Source of the DNA: Podospora anserina | Taxonomy: Eukaryota | Direction of reading: 5' to 3' | DNA length: 64,000 bases | Assembly: GCA_017654855.1 (NCBI GenBank) | Contig: CM030333.1 | Location: forward strand, 930,001-994,000 | Shown: positions 25,464 to 37,791 of the stretch, in pieces | Numbering within the stretch: the first letter of the stretch is position 1 | How the letters are laid out: each line of letters opens with the position of its first letter | Notes under the pieces: model-generated | Told to the model about the DNA's origin: nothing | Seen by the model: only the letters and a program-made list of their open reading frames with translations | The model's database searches: none | Position numbers and translations under genes: made by a program

Positions 25464-25798
25464 GCTGCACATGGAAGCGATCTTGATCATGGCGCACATG
25501 GAAGGTCACTGCGTAACGGTTGCTCATTATGACTGAGGTGACTGATTGGGCTTTCCGTTGGCAGGTGGGGAGATGTTGGGGAGGTGGTGACTGTTTGGCA
25601 GGTAGGTTGGTGTCCGTTGCCTGTGTCGTTTGGTTGCAAGGTCAACTGGAGTGAGTGCAACTGCTTCCGGCCTTTTCACCTTCACATTTCTCCTTCCCGG
25701 TCGAGGACAGCACCATACTCCTTCCTTCTTTTATTCTTGAACCAGCAGGCCAGTGCTTCTTCAATAACCCCAGAGTCTGTCTGCTTTCTTGCTTTCTT

Positions 25799-25802
<4 letters not shown>

Positions 25803-25832
<30 letters not shown>
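25803..25832. repeat. (CT)n microsatellite in the pyrimidine-rich upstream region of the GH72 gene
   Basis: About 15 TC units directly visible. Confidence 0.9.
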
Positions 25833-25840
<8 letters not shown>

Positions 25841-26081
25841 TCCAAAACATTCGCTTTCACCCTCCTCGACTCTCTGAAAAAAAAACAAGATATTCTCTCG
25901 TTCAACAACGCTACTTTTGATACCGCCCTTCTCGATTTTGGAACTCTTTTTCTATTTTCTTGACTCTTTGATTACCACCACCCATCTTTAATATCGAAAC
26001 GTTGGTCTCCTTGTAGCAACCCGCATTGAGACATTCTTCACACTTGTCAATCTTCCCCGGATTTTCTTGCTGCAAGCCAAG

Positions 26082-27648
26082 ATGAGATCTCTCGCATTGG
26101 TGCCGGTCTTGGCAACGATGCTCCCAAGTCTTGGGACAGCCACCCCGTCGCCGACAGTTGCTCAACCTCCCACCAAGAGGGGTAGCCTGCCGGCTGTGTC
26201 TGTTTCCGGGAATGGTTTGTCCTTACCACTCCTTTTTCAAAATGGGGACCTTGGCTGATGTTGATCATAAAACAGCCTTTTGGCAAAACGACAAGCGGTT
26301 TTACATTCGCGGAGTGGACTACCAACCGGGCGGTTCCTCGGCGATGGCGGACCCCCTGGCGGACACGACGATTTGCAGCCGCGACATTGACCAATTCAGA
26401 AAGCTGGGCATCAACACGATTCGGGTCTACATTATTGACAATTCTGCTAGGCACGACGAGTGCATGGGCAAGCTGGCGGATGCGGGGATATACGTTATTG
26501 TCGATGCCAACAATCCGCTGTACAGCATCAACCGGTACGACCCGGCGCCGTCGTATAACGCAAAGTATCTGCAGAGCGTGTTTGCGACGATTGACGAGTT
26601 TGCCAAGTATGAGAATACACTGGCGTTTTTTTCGGGGAATGAGGTGGTGAATGATGTGGTGAATTCGACGCTGGCGGCGAGGTATGTGAAGGCGGTGACG
26701 AGGGACATGAGGAGGTATATTGGGGAGAGGGGGTACCGGAGGGTGCCGGTGGGGTATTCGGCGGCGGATGTGGGGAGTAATAGGAGGCAGCAGGCGGATT
26801 GGATGAATTGTGGGAGTGAGGATGAGAGGTCGGATTTTTTTGCGTTTGTAAGTTGTCTGAGCGGGTGTTGTGGGAAAGGGGTGGTTTGGTCGCTGACGTG
26901 AACAACAGAATGATTACTCGTGGTGCAATTCGGACTTTCGGACGGCGGGGTGGGACCAGAAGGTGAAGAACTTTTCGGATTATGGTTTGCCTATTTTGTG
27001 AGTTGGTTTTCGGATTGGTGGTGGTGGTGTGGGATGATGCTGACGATGTGTAGCCTCTCGGAGTATGGCTGCCTTACCAATGGCCGGGACTTTGGCGAGG
27101 TTGCTGCTCTGATGAGTGACAAGATGACGAGTGTGTACTCTGGAGGTCTGATGTACGAATACGCCATGGGGGATAATGGCTACGGCATTGCAAAGATTCC
27201 TAGCGTCAAGGGCTCCTCAGTTCAGAAACTGGATGGGTTTGAGAAGTTTGCCTCTGCTCTGGCTGCCAACCCACCCCCCGAAGGAGATGGAGGATTTGTC
27301 TCGACGACACACGCCAATGCCTGCCCTACCAAGGATGCCAACTGGCTCATTGACACGACTTTGCTGCCAGCTATCCCTGAGCAGGCCAAGATGTTGATGA
27401 TGGAGGGGGCTGGATCTGGACCCGGTCTCGGTGGTGACGGGTCTCAGAATGCTGTGGATGCTGGCACTAGCAGTGGCGACGCGGAGCAAGGTTCTGGGAC
27501 GGTGACTTCGTCCAGCACGCCCAAGGGGAGTGAAAATGCGGCGCCGGCGACATCAACCCCGGCCAACGCTAGAGCCGTGGTCAAGATCCCGTTGGTTCTG
27601 ACGGGAATGGTGGTTGTGTTGACATTGGGTGGTTCTTTTTTGCTCTGA
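26082..27648 (+). CDS. GH72 1,3-beta-glucanosyltransferase (Gel1/Gas5-like, no X8 domain), GPI-anchored
   Basis: Exons 26082-26214, 26276-26847, 26909-26997 and 27054-27648. RFYIRGVDYQPGG, LGINTIRVY, catalytic FFSGNEV, NDYSWC, catalytic FLSEYGC, SGGLMYEY; signal peptide and hydrophobic C-terminus. Confidence 0.95.
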
Positions 27649-27838
27649 TGACAAGGAGACTAGGGTTGATGTGCATGTATCTGGCATGCTTGTTTGTGTA
27701 TCGATTGATTTTTGACTGAGACATTGCTAGGTTATGGTGGTGGGAAAGGCATCTTGACGTTTCTTTTGAACTAGAAAAAGGTTTTGGGACATTATGGTAG
27801 TTTTTAATCAACTTTTCTTTTTGTTATTATGTGCTTCA

Positions 27839-28727
27839 TCAAGGCCAGTCGCTGCTCTTTGCTAAAAAGTCCGCCAGCTTTTCGAGGTACTCCTTGTCTA
27901 TTTGGTCGAAGCCGTTTTCGACTGTGCAGTCAATGTCGATTATCCCTACCACGCCCTTGCCCTCGACCATGATGGGGACGACGATTTCGCTTTTGCTGGA
28001 CGAGTCGCAGGCGATGTGACCTGGGAACTGCTCGACGTCGGGGACGAGCTGAGTTGTCTGGGTGGCGGCTGCTGTGCCGCAGACTCCGCGGCCGAAGTTG
28101 ATGGTTTGGCAGGCGACTTTGCCTTGAAACGGACCCAAGATGAGGCGTGGTTTTGTGGGAGGGGAGGTGTGGTCGTGGACGTAGAAGCCGGCCCAGTTTA
28201 CCGAGGAGGAGGGGGAGGGGAGGGAGCGGTAGAGGTGCCAGAGGAGGGAGGAGGTGTTGGAGAGGTTGCTGCCCTTTGTCAGCTCGATTTTTCAGTACGA
28301 AGTCTGTGGTGATATTTCATGGTGATATTTCATGGTGGTATTTCGTGGTGGTATTTCATGGTGCTGATGATGTTTGGGGTTTTGAATGTGGATGAGATAC
28401 GGGGGCGGGGGTAAAGAGGGGGGTGGATGAATGCTGGGTAGTTGAGGGGGAAAGGGGGAAAGGGGGAAAGGGGTGTGATAGGGGGTGGCAGTTGGGGTGG
28501 TGAAAGGGTGAGATGGGGTGAAGATGGTGAAATAGGGACGGGGCACAAGGGGAGACCTTACCACACCCAGTTTCTTTGCTCGTAACAAAGACCTTCTACC
28601 TCGTCGAGGAGCTGTTGGTAGGCTTCTGGTTTGGTGAGGTTGGGGGAGAAGTTTGTTGCGTCGGCGTGGACCTTTTCTTCCTTGTTAGCAACTGTTTTTT
28701 TGGTTTGTATGACATGAGGCTCACCAT
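27839..28727 (-). CDS. GAF-domain free methionine-R-sulfoxide reductase (fRMsr/MsrC, yeast Ykl069w-like)
   Basis: Exons 28727-28725 (ATG only), 28671-28562 and 28268-27839 give MVHADATNF..NWVCNLSNTSSLLW..VNWAGFY..LILGPFQGKVACQTINFGRGVCG..PGHIACDSSSKSEIVVP..IIDID, the fRMsr cysteine pattern. Confidence 0.92.
28308..28363. repeat. 13-bp tandem minisatellite (GGTGRTATTTCRT x4.3) in intron 2 of the fRMsr gene
   Basis: Units start at 28308, 28321, 28334 and 28347, followed by a partial GGTG. Confidence 0.92.
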
Positions 28728-29434
28728 TTGGACGGTTATGGGTTCAGATGGTCTGAGATTAGATTGTTGTTGGTGGTGATGGTGGTGAGCGATAAGATAC
28801 AGCTGACTCTTTGTCTGCTGAACAGGTTTGAAAATGGGATTGGGTATCTCTAAAAAAAATGACAAATGGGTATCAAGAATGCGTGGAATTGGTGTGGATG
28901 AAGTTGAATTGTCTTAGAGATAAAAACACACCGAACCACCTCTCTCTTTATACACAACTTTCATACTTGCTCACCTGGCTTACACACACCTCAACTGTGG
29001 AGCCCGAACCGATGGCGCAATTCTCGCGATGCGCGATCGCACAAGGAATTGCTGCTTCATCAGGAAGCTCGCAACAGACCAGCAAGAATGCGGGGCGGGC
29101 CGGAGATAAAAATAGGGGATAAACCCGGCCGGGCTACCCCTGATTTTGAACTCATACAACAAGCAGGAAATCCAAATGCCGTAATCGATATCCATATGTA
29201 CGCAAAATCCCATATGTACTGCGGCATATAAAAAGATGACACTATAATTCTATTTTAACAACACTACAACAATACTAACCCTACTATTTGACACATCAAG
29301 TAGGTGTCTGCCTCTAAAACAGCGAATGGATGAACGACGCTTGCTCTTCTTACACTTGTATGTATGCCTTCTTCTTTTTTCACTGCCATCGTTGAGAAAT
29401 CAGCCCTCATTAACTTGTCGAGTGGTAAATAAAA

Positions 29435-32400
29435 TCAGGCGGTTACTGCCGGCCCGTTTGTCGTCCCCAGGTGGGGAACCTTGACTGTCACTTCGCCATC
29501 ACCCTCCCCGTCCACATCAAGCCCGCTGCCGCTGTCATCGTTCGGGCTCTCCTCCGCGACCTGCCCTTGGATCCTGCGCTTGGCGTCCTGCTTGTCCGCC
29601 TCGGTGATTTGAGCGTCGTCCTTGCGCATGTCAGGGGTCCATTGCGGTTCAGAGGGGGCGTGGCCGACCGACATGCCGACGCGGATCTGGTCTTGTTAGC
29701 AGTTGTTGTGAAACAAAGATGGTGGGTAAAACTCACCAAGGTCTCCAGCGCAGTATTCGAATTGTCCACCAAGTCATCATCAAACACCATCTTTCCACTC
29801 TCAAACAGCACCACCAGCGTCGACCCGCCAAACTTGAAGTAGCCCAGCTCATCACCCCTCTTAACCTCGTCCCCTTCCTTCTTTGTAATCACGGTGCTGC
29901 CCACCATCATGGCACCAATGCAAATCACCATTACCCGTCCGAATTCTGGGGAATCAATAGGCACGACAATCCTCACATTCTCGCCGTACACATCCAGCGC
30001 CGACCGAATAGCCATTGGGTTGACAGTGTAGTATTCACCTGCAATGGTCTTGGGTTCCCTCATAACACCATCCACGGGGATGTGGAATCTGTGGTAGTCT
30101 TGAGGCGCCAGTCTGAAAATACCCAGCGCGCCACCGGCTTCGTAGCGGTGGGCATCTTCAGGGCAGGCATCGCCTAGGAGACGCTTGACGCTGAATTCTC
30201 TACCCTTGATCCAGACCTTGGTGGCAATATCAACGCGGTTAAAGACCACGGATCTGCAATCGGCCGGAGAGACCACAATGCGCGGGTTGTTTGGTGCAGA
30301 AACTGGTCTGGCATCAGGCTTGAGAGCGCGGTAGAAAAACTCGTTGAAGTTCTTGAACTGGTCCAGAGGAAGCAACACCTCAGACAAGTCCAATCCGTGG
30401 AAGGCGATGAATTTGGGGATTTCGGCCTTGGAAGCAGGGTCGTCATATTTCTTGCCCTGCTTAATACTGAGAGACTTGAGCAGCTTGCGAATGCGCTTCT
30501 TCTCCATATTGTTGGACTTGAGACCCTTGTACAACAAGCGAATACCAAGACGGACGTAGACGCTCATCTTCTCTTCGTTGATCTGACCGGTGATGCGGTC
30601 TTGCACGAGGATGTTGGCAGAGTTGGCACCGAGCTTGTAACCACCGTAGGAGATCTTGGTGATCACCTTGGAGTACCACTTGCGCTGGGCCTGGCTGGAC
30701 GTAACGAACCCACCCATCATCAGGTTGTTCACCTGTCGCCAGTCCTGGCTGGCACAGGTGGCAATATGGGTGATGATGTCTGCATCCTTGCGCTTGTTCA
30801 AGCGCGGTTGATGGCAGATGGGGCATTCGCGGATCTCTACCACATGTTCTTCGGTGTTGCTAGCATTGAGATCGTCCCGGTCGAGGTAATCGCCCTCTTC
30901 GCCTGGAGTCGCCAGCTCTGGAACAGTGATGCTGTCGGTTCCGCCAAGGTCAGACTCGCTCGGTGGCTGGACAGTATCGGGATGCGACTCCTTGCCGGGT
31001 ATAGGCAGCAGGTTCTTGACCTTTTCGGCGGCATCTGGGAGAATATTCTTCACACGCTCCGCGACACCTGGAGTTCTGACCTTGGACTCAAGCTGGTCCT
31101 CCAGGCAGATGACGGCCTCATCCATGGTTAGGTCCTCGACGTCTTCATTATCACCCGCCTTATGGGGGAATCGGAGGAAGAAGCTGTCAATCGTCGACTC
31201 GCGCAGGGTCGATCCCAAAGAGTCCAACATGGTGGTCAACTCGACCTTGCTAATAAGTCCGCTCTCGTCGGCGTCGTACTGCTTCAACAGAGCTCTCCAG
31301 AACTGTTGCCTGAGTGCGGCGTAAGGCATGTACTTGGCACGGATGTACAGCTGTGGATTATGCTTGTCCTCCCACTTCTCAAGGTTCTTCATCCTGAGGG
31401 GAAGTGTGTAAGGGAAGAAATCCGGATCTTCAGTTTCCGGTGAGGCATTCTCAGCCGTGTTCGCGGCGGCCGCAGCGACACCGCCTTCCCCCGGCTGAAC
31501 GAGTCCGGCGGGGATCGGAGCATTGATAGCGGGTGTTTGAGCGCCCTCAGGCACCTCATGAAGCTGTTGACCAGAGCCCAATGCCGGCGTTGCGACAAGA
31601 GAAGATACATTGGTCAAGGTTGACGGATTCTTGGACAATGCAGGCCTAGCTTGCTTGGACAAGCTCTGGGTAGAGTTGGTCCGGGAAAGACCCAGTCTCA
31701 TAAAACGGGTCCTCTGCGCCGGAGCCGAAAACTCAGCTACCTCCTTCAAGTTGTACAGTCCAGTGGCGGGGTCCGCCTTTGGTGCCTTGGAGATGATTTC
31801 CTGTACCGGAAAGTTCACGGAGGCAATGAAATCGTTTCCAGAGTACTTGTCGTGGTCAATGACAGTAAAAGCAAACTGGTACTGCTGTTCGTGGTTCAAC
31901 ACCTGGAAGATCATCTTCTCGTTGAACACGGGATCCAGGTTGTGACGGATCGTCTTGGTCCGGTATGTCTTCTTGCCAAGCGAGGCAACCACAAAAGGAT
32001 CCATGTCAAAGCTCGTCCTTGTAACGTTCGACTCCGGGGGAAGGTCGGTAATCTTGCAAATCTCCAGGAAAATAATACCAACCACGTCACTACCGCCGTT
32101 GATAAATTCGTAGGGGTTTTGCCTCTTTTTGCGCTTCAGCCCCTTGATCCGCAGTCTCCTCCTTCTCTTCTCGGCAGTTTCCGGCTTGGTAGGGTCCTCA
32201 TCTTCGGGGGTCTCGTCCTCGTAGTCGTAGTCGTCGTCCTCATCGGCGTCGTCGGTTACTCTTCCCCCCAACGAAGGCGCCGGCGATGGCACCTTGCCCT
32301 TGGTCGGAGCAAGCACGGGGGTACGAGATGGAGTAGGGGTCAACGAGGCGTCGATTGCCGGAGCAGATTTAGCAATTGCAGCGAACTTCTCGTAGATCTG

Positions 32401-33172
32401 CTGGGGGCTGGCGTCCTTGTTGGAGGTGTCGAGCAGAGAGAACTGCAGCAAGACCTCGCCCGAAACAACGCCCGTCTTCTTCCCTGGACGCTTGCTCTTC
32501 AGCTTGTACCATGTTGGCGGCTGCTCGATCTTTTCATCGGCGAAGATCTCCTCCAGGGCAAGGTCAAACTCGCCCAAGTAGTCCTTCCCAAAGCGATCCT
32601 TATCCCAGCAGTTCACATCGAGGAGCAGGCTCTGAATGCCATTGATGGGGAGCTGGCATGTTTCGTTCCATTCTGGGTTCAGTGTCTTCGACTCGGTATG
32701 TGTAATGTGCTTCGATTCGCCAAGATTGAGTACGAGATACTGGGCGGGAGTTGCAGCAATCAGCCACCAGTCACTTCCTCACGGGGGTAGAAGGGGGAGC
32801 ACAATGTGGGATATCTGCAGCTCCTGTGAAATGGATACCGCACTCGATGTACTCACCGGATCCGACGTTCCTCCCCTGTCCTTGGCAGCGAGATCTTTGG
32901 CCTGGATTTTCAGCAAGTCAGTATGCGATGCTACTCCTTGGCACCACGAGGGCAGCGATGGTGGTGATGGTGGTGATGGTGATGGTGATGGTGTGTGGCC
33001 CTCATACCCGTAGAATCGATACCTGCACCAGCAGGCCCGTCTCCCTGCGGCCCTCTGGGCTGGCGGAATCTCCTTTGCTGCGCATAGGGCTGGCACTACG
33101 GCTGTTCGAAGCTGAGTTGGCGGCAGAGTTGGAGTAGCCCGGCTTCAGACGGTTGGGGATGAAGCGAGCCAT
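29435..33172 (-). CDS. PSD2: Phosphatidylserine decarboxylase proenzyme 2 (two C2 domains, EF-hand, PSD domain)
   Basis: Exons 33172-33008, 32901-32857, 32739-29737 and 29686-29435. C2 motifs DLAAKDRGGTSDPY, WDKDRFGKDYLG and DMDPFVV; EF-hand YDADESGLISKVE; FNEFFYRALK, SPADCR, RLAPQDYHRFH; self-cleavage motif FKFGGST at about 29818-29829. Confidence 0.96.
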
Positions 33173-33349
33173 TATGCTAAGAGGTGGGTGGGCTGGCGCG
33201 GGGTATGCGTGTCTTTTATCTACCTTGGCACGATCGTGTAGTAGGTAATCGTTCCAAGATTTATTTTGTTCTTGCAATTGACCCTCCAATCCAATCGAAG
33301 GAGGGCCCAATCAATTACGACGTAGGTTCCAAGAGTGCCACTCTCCAAT

Positions 33350-33392
33350 GCTGTGCTGTGCTGTGCTGTGCTGTGCTGTGCTGTGCTGTGCT
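33350..33392. repeat. (CTGTG)n pentanucleotide repeat upstream of PSD2
   Basis: About 8 perfect GCTGT units directly visible. Confidence 0.9.
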
Positions 33393-35045
33393 GTTCTGTT
33401 GCTGTGTTTGGTGGGTGGTGGGTGGTGGGTGGTATGTAATGTTTAAAGCGTAGGGCAGACTCGCAGAGAGCAAGGCAGATCAAAACAGGATGGCTGGCTA
33501 GCTGGCTGTCCTTCCCCAGCTTTCCCCTTCTCTCTCTCTTCTTAGTTTCGAATCAGTGGCGATGATAGGGTGGGACATGTGCGGGTAGTGGTCCGTCGTC
33601 GCAACTTTGGTTGTTGTTTGATGGATCCCTCGATGTTCCCAGTAGCTGTAGTGCCCGCACAGTCGACGTCAGGGACCCGATGACCTGGGCGGGAGCAGAT
33701 CAAAGAGGTACGGATAGAAAGCTTGGAGAAGAATGGAGCTGGGAAAACGACGAGGACGTCATCCACCTAGCAACAGGGAGACACGGGGCTTGGGGGCCCA
33801 GCTAGGTATTTGTGAATTTGGGCGGTGGAGCTGTGATGGCGGGGCGCTGGTGTGCTGGACGCGTCCCGGAGGATTGGCGATGCCGAGACCTGCCCAAAAG
33901 AACTTTGGACCCGTTCAGCTGCTGGGTCTAGGGGGCGGCGCTAGGCGAAATTGGGGAGTATCTTCAGCGGCTACCAAGCTGTTTTTGGCGGTGCCCGCAG
34001 TTGACGTTATGTGTGTCTTGGTCGACGAGATATGGCTGGATGGATGGTTTTTGGTTTGGGCTCAACAAAATGAAGGAAAAAACAGGTCAAGGCATCGGGG
34101 ACGGGCTCGTGTATACTCATGTGTCGTCCGCAGCGAATGCTGTTGGGCGTACAGCCGTCAATCAGCATCTGTCCATTCTCATCAGGCAGGTGGGCCGTCA
34201 TTCCAACACACCCTGATTGAGGCACCTTTCGTTTGAGATGAATGCTGCTTTTGGAGCTTTGGAGGACTGGCAGATTGGACCACGCGTCGCCCTCGGGTTG
34301 CTCCCCCCTTTTAAACGAGCGGGACCGGATATTGCAAAGCCTGATGCTGCGACCAACACAGTACATTTTTCTCAATCAAACACTCTGACCACATCCCGCA
34401 TGCTGCCCGCATGAACGTGCCTGAAAGTGACGGCTTCAAACCTACACCACGCCTCCTGCAACTTTGCATCAGCCTGGCCCCAGCTGTGGCCGACTGGGGT
34501 TTGCGCAACCTGATCGATCGACCTCACAAAGAGTTTCCGAGGGCTCGGGAAAAGGCAGTGATGGTCTCGACCTCCCGGCAATCTGGGTCTCCTGCTCTGT
34601 CAGGAGATGCCTACGGGATTGGGTAGCTGTTGGAAACAAAGACACCGTCGCAGCGGTGACCTTCCCGTTCGTCCCAAGTGAGCCCTGGGGCTGGACACAG
34701 AAACCGCTCACCATGCCCATTGCGTATACCGTAGTAAAAGCCTCGTGGGGTATTTTTGGGTGCCAGCCTGCCAGCATGCCAGCCCTCGGGGGCTTTGAAA
34801 CCACACTCTCACCAGTGGCGCAATAATATCTGATTTGTGAAGTCTTTTCTACGCCCCCTTTTCAGCGAGATATGCACTCACACACCCTCCACCAACAAGA
34901 TAATAATCCGAGCTATCCGCACTCAAGATGACATTTCCATCCAATAGCAGCAACTATTCCATAGTCCAGTCAAATGCCATGCTGACCTAATTCCCATTAC
35001 CTAACTTCTGTAACACACAAGTTAACCTACAGACACAAAATGATA

Positions 35046-36119
35046 TCATACCAGCCCAGGCGGAACAACCGCTCCATCCATCTGCTGCTCCCCATTGTTA
35101 ACAACACCGGCCCGATTCCCAGCAACATTTCCGTCACAAACCAGCTCACTAAAAGCCTCAGGCCACAAAAACACCCTCTCCTCCATGGGTGTCATGACGA
35201 CATACCGCGGCACAGCATTCCGACTCGACACCTTCCTCCACATATCCGCCCTCGGGTTAAACCTCGCCGGCCTTCCCCTGCCGCCCGTCTTCCTCTCATC
35301 CTCCTCCAGAATCTCCTCCAGCATCATTTGAATATCAGCAAAGCTCCCAAACGGCAAATACTTGATACCATGCTCAACACAATACCCCTCCAACCTCAAC
35401 CCCTTCCTCGCAAACAACACATCCGCCTCCCTCATTGCAGGCGAATCAGAGACCCCATCCCCAATAAACACAATCAACGGCACCTCCTCCTCCTCCTCCT
35501 CCTCCTCAACCTCCCTCCTCGCCTCCATCATACTCAACCCCTTATCATGACCCAGCTGACTCCCCCCATGCCTCCAAACCGGCCTCCACTCCGACCCATC
35601 ATGTGTAATCTCCGCCTCGTTAGCAACAATATCAATCATGGCCGATTGCTCCCCCCCAAAAAACTCATCCAGCACCCTTCTTCAAACCGGCTTCAGCCCA
35701 GCACTGATGACATGGAATGGGATCCCCTCCCTCAGATAAAACTGGTGAAATCCGGCAAACCCAGGGTCAATTCCTAGCTGTTGGGACATGAGCTCGAACC
35801 CGTCATCAAAAGGGACGTTCAAGCTCCCCCACATTTCTTCGACACGTCCTTGAGGGTGCGTTGCCCCGAGGCGATCTGGGCGTCGAGAAGCTCCCGCTTG
35901 GAGGGGCCGCACCCGTACGTGTTGAAGAGGATGTGGCCTGTGTCTTGGAGGGAGATTGTGCCGTCGAAGTCTGCTGGAGAGTTAGTGTTGGGTTTGGTAA
36001 ATGGGGGAGGGGAGGAACAGGCCGGAGAAGCAGACAATCTTGCGCTTTTTGTTCGTGGCCGGGACTGCGTCACCTGCCTTGGAGGCTGGGGCTGGAGGAG
36101 GGGAGACAGCGGAGGGCAT
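35046..36119 (-). pseudogene. Disrupted HAD-superfamily phosphatase (MtnX-like / yeast Ynl010w-like)
   Basis: ATG at 36119 (MPSAVSPP..RKIVCFS), intron 36022-35971 with degenerate donor GCCTGT, then motif I DFDGTI. Frame change at about 35840 (KDVS / EEMWGSL), motif II ISAG, in-frame TGA at 35684-35682, then motif IV FIGDGVSD and ADVLFARKG. Confidence 0.85.
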
Positions 36120-36715
36120 CTTGTTGGTGGTAAATCGAGAAAATTATTGACAGTGAGTTTGAAGGTAGGTGGGCCAAAAGTGAGAACAGCCATGAAGAGG
36201 AGCAAACATTGGAAGTATCCGGATATGCCCCCTCACAAACCAACCACCAGCTTGACTGGCCACCCGGAACCCCGGAGATCTCATCTCTGGCGCTTCCAAT
36301 CGCTGGATAGCAGCTAACCTGGCAGCCGCGCGCGGGTTTGAGATGGGCCTAAGTTAGGAAAATGCCACGGGCCGAGAGCTACAGCGCGGGTTTCCCCCGT
36401 AACGCTTTCCATTGCCGACATTCTTGGGGCAGCTGACTCGCGGTATGGACAAACACCCGTGGAAGAAACGGCCTCGCTGCAAATGCAGGTACAAACTCGC
36501 GCGTTTTGCCTCTAGTCCTACTGCAGGAACCAAGCAGCATATTCTGGGCTGGACGAAAGTAGACAAATTTGGTAAATTATCTTCGTTCCTCTATATATCA
36601 GCTTTTTAGAGTCCTGTGTCCCTGTAATAATCAAAGTAAACCATGGAGTTTCAAGGAGGGCTGTGGGATATCATCAAATATTTCATAAACTCGCTCGTTT
36701 CAAAAAAGCACCAAT

Positions 36716-37791
36716 CTACGCAGAGACCTTGGCACTGTACTTTGACGCCGCCTTGTCAAACAAATCACTCTTTTCCGCCAGGTCCACCAGGAGAGGGTGT
36801 TGAGCGTCTGTGGCTTCGAGAAGACTAAACACAAAGTCAGCATTGATACTGGTTTGGAAGTTGGGCTCCGGGACACATACGTCTTCTGCTCCGCACCATC
36901 CTTGCCGGCAATGACGTTCAGCACCAGAAGGTTGGCGATGGCCTCGGCGAACTTTGGCTCCTTTTTCAAGGCCTGGTCGAGAGCAGCTTGGGCCTCTTCT
37001 GTTCTGCCAAGGTGAAGCTCGGCAACGGCCTGGGAGACGAGGGACCGGACTGATGATGTAGCGGGTGCTTGCGCGAGCTCCTCAAAGACGTAGAAGGCTT
37101 GTTGGTACTTCTCACCGCCCTGCAGCAAACATATCAGTGTGTGACCCTTAGAAGGAAAATCCTGGGGTAGCACGAACCAGCCTCAACCCAACCCAAGACT
37201 CTGCCAAGTTCACCAACAAACTGTCCTGCGCCCACCGCCGCGCGGCGGTAACCTCCTTGACGGCAAGGTCATTTCTGTTTTGTTGCAGATGGATCTGCAC
37301 AATAAGCGCAACGGCGTCCACTGTTCAACCACCACCTCGTCAGTTGTGTCCCTTCAGTCGTTTGCCTGCCGTAGACTAGATATAGAATGTAACCCACAGC
37401 TTCCCTGGTGTTGCGAAAGAAGCGCCAAAGCCTCCTCACTCTTGCCCGCAGCCTGCAATACTGTCCCGCCCACAACCTGTACTGTAGTGTTGTCGGCCGC
37501 TGACTCTGCGAGCTTCTCGATGATGCCAACCGCCTTGTCGCCGTTCCCAAGCGCTTGCTCGGCCAGGGCAGCGATGGCCTGCAACTCTGGCTCCTTCTCG
37601 CCCGTTACGTCGGCGAGGGCATCCTCGGCCTGGCCTAGAGCGATGCGAGCTCGCAGCTGGAGGACACGGGCGGGGAGCTCGTTCTCGGAGGACAGGGTGG
37701 AAACATCGTAGTCGACCACTTCTTGGTATTGTCCTTGGTGAAAGTGGTTGTGGATGTTGATGAGTTCGCCTTCGGCCGAGTAGGGATCCAT
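36716..37791 (-). CDS. SEC28: Coatomer epsilon subunit
   Basis: Exons 37791-37398, 37320-37178, 37119-36881 and 36824-36716. MDPYSAEGELINIHNHFHQGQYQ, AQDSLLVNLAESWVGLRLGGEKYQQAFYVFEELAQ, HPLLVDLAEKSDLFDKAASKY, characteristic of fungal epsilon-COP. Confidence 0.93.

Noticed and set aside
28308..28363. Tandem repeat as a CRISPR-like array
   Set aside because: Head-to-tail units without spacers, inside a eukaryotic intron.
31651..32790. 379-aa plus-strand ORF
   Set aside because: Antisense shadow of PSD2 with no domain motifs.
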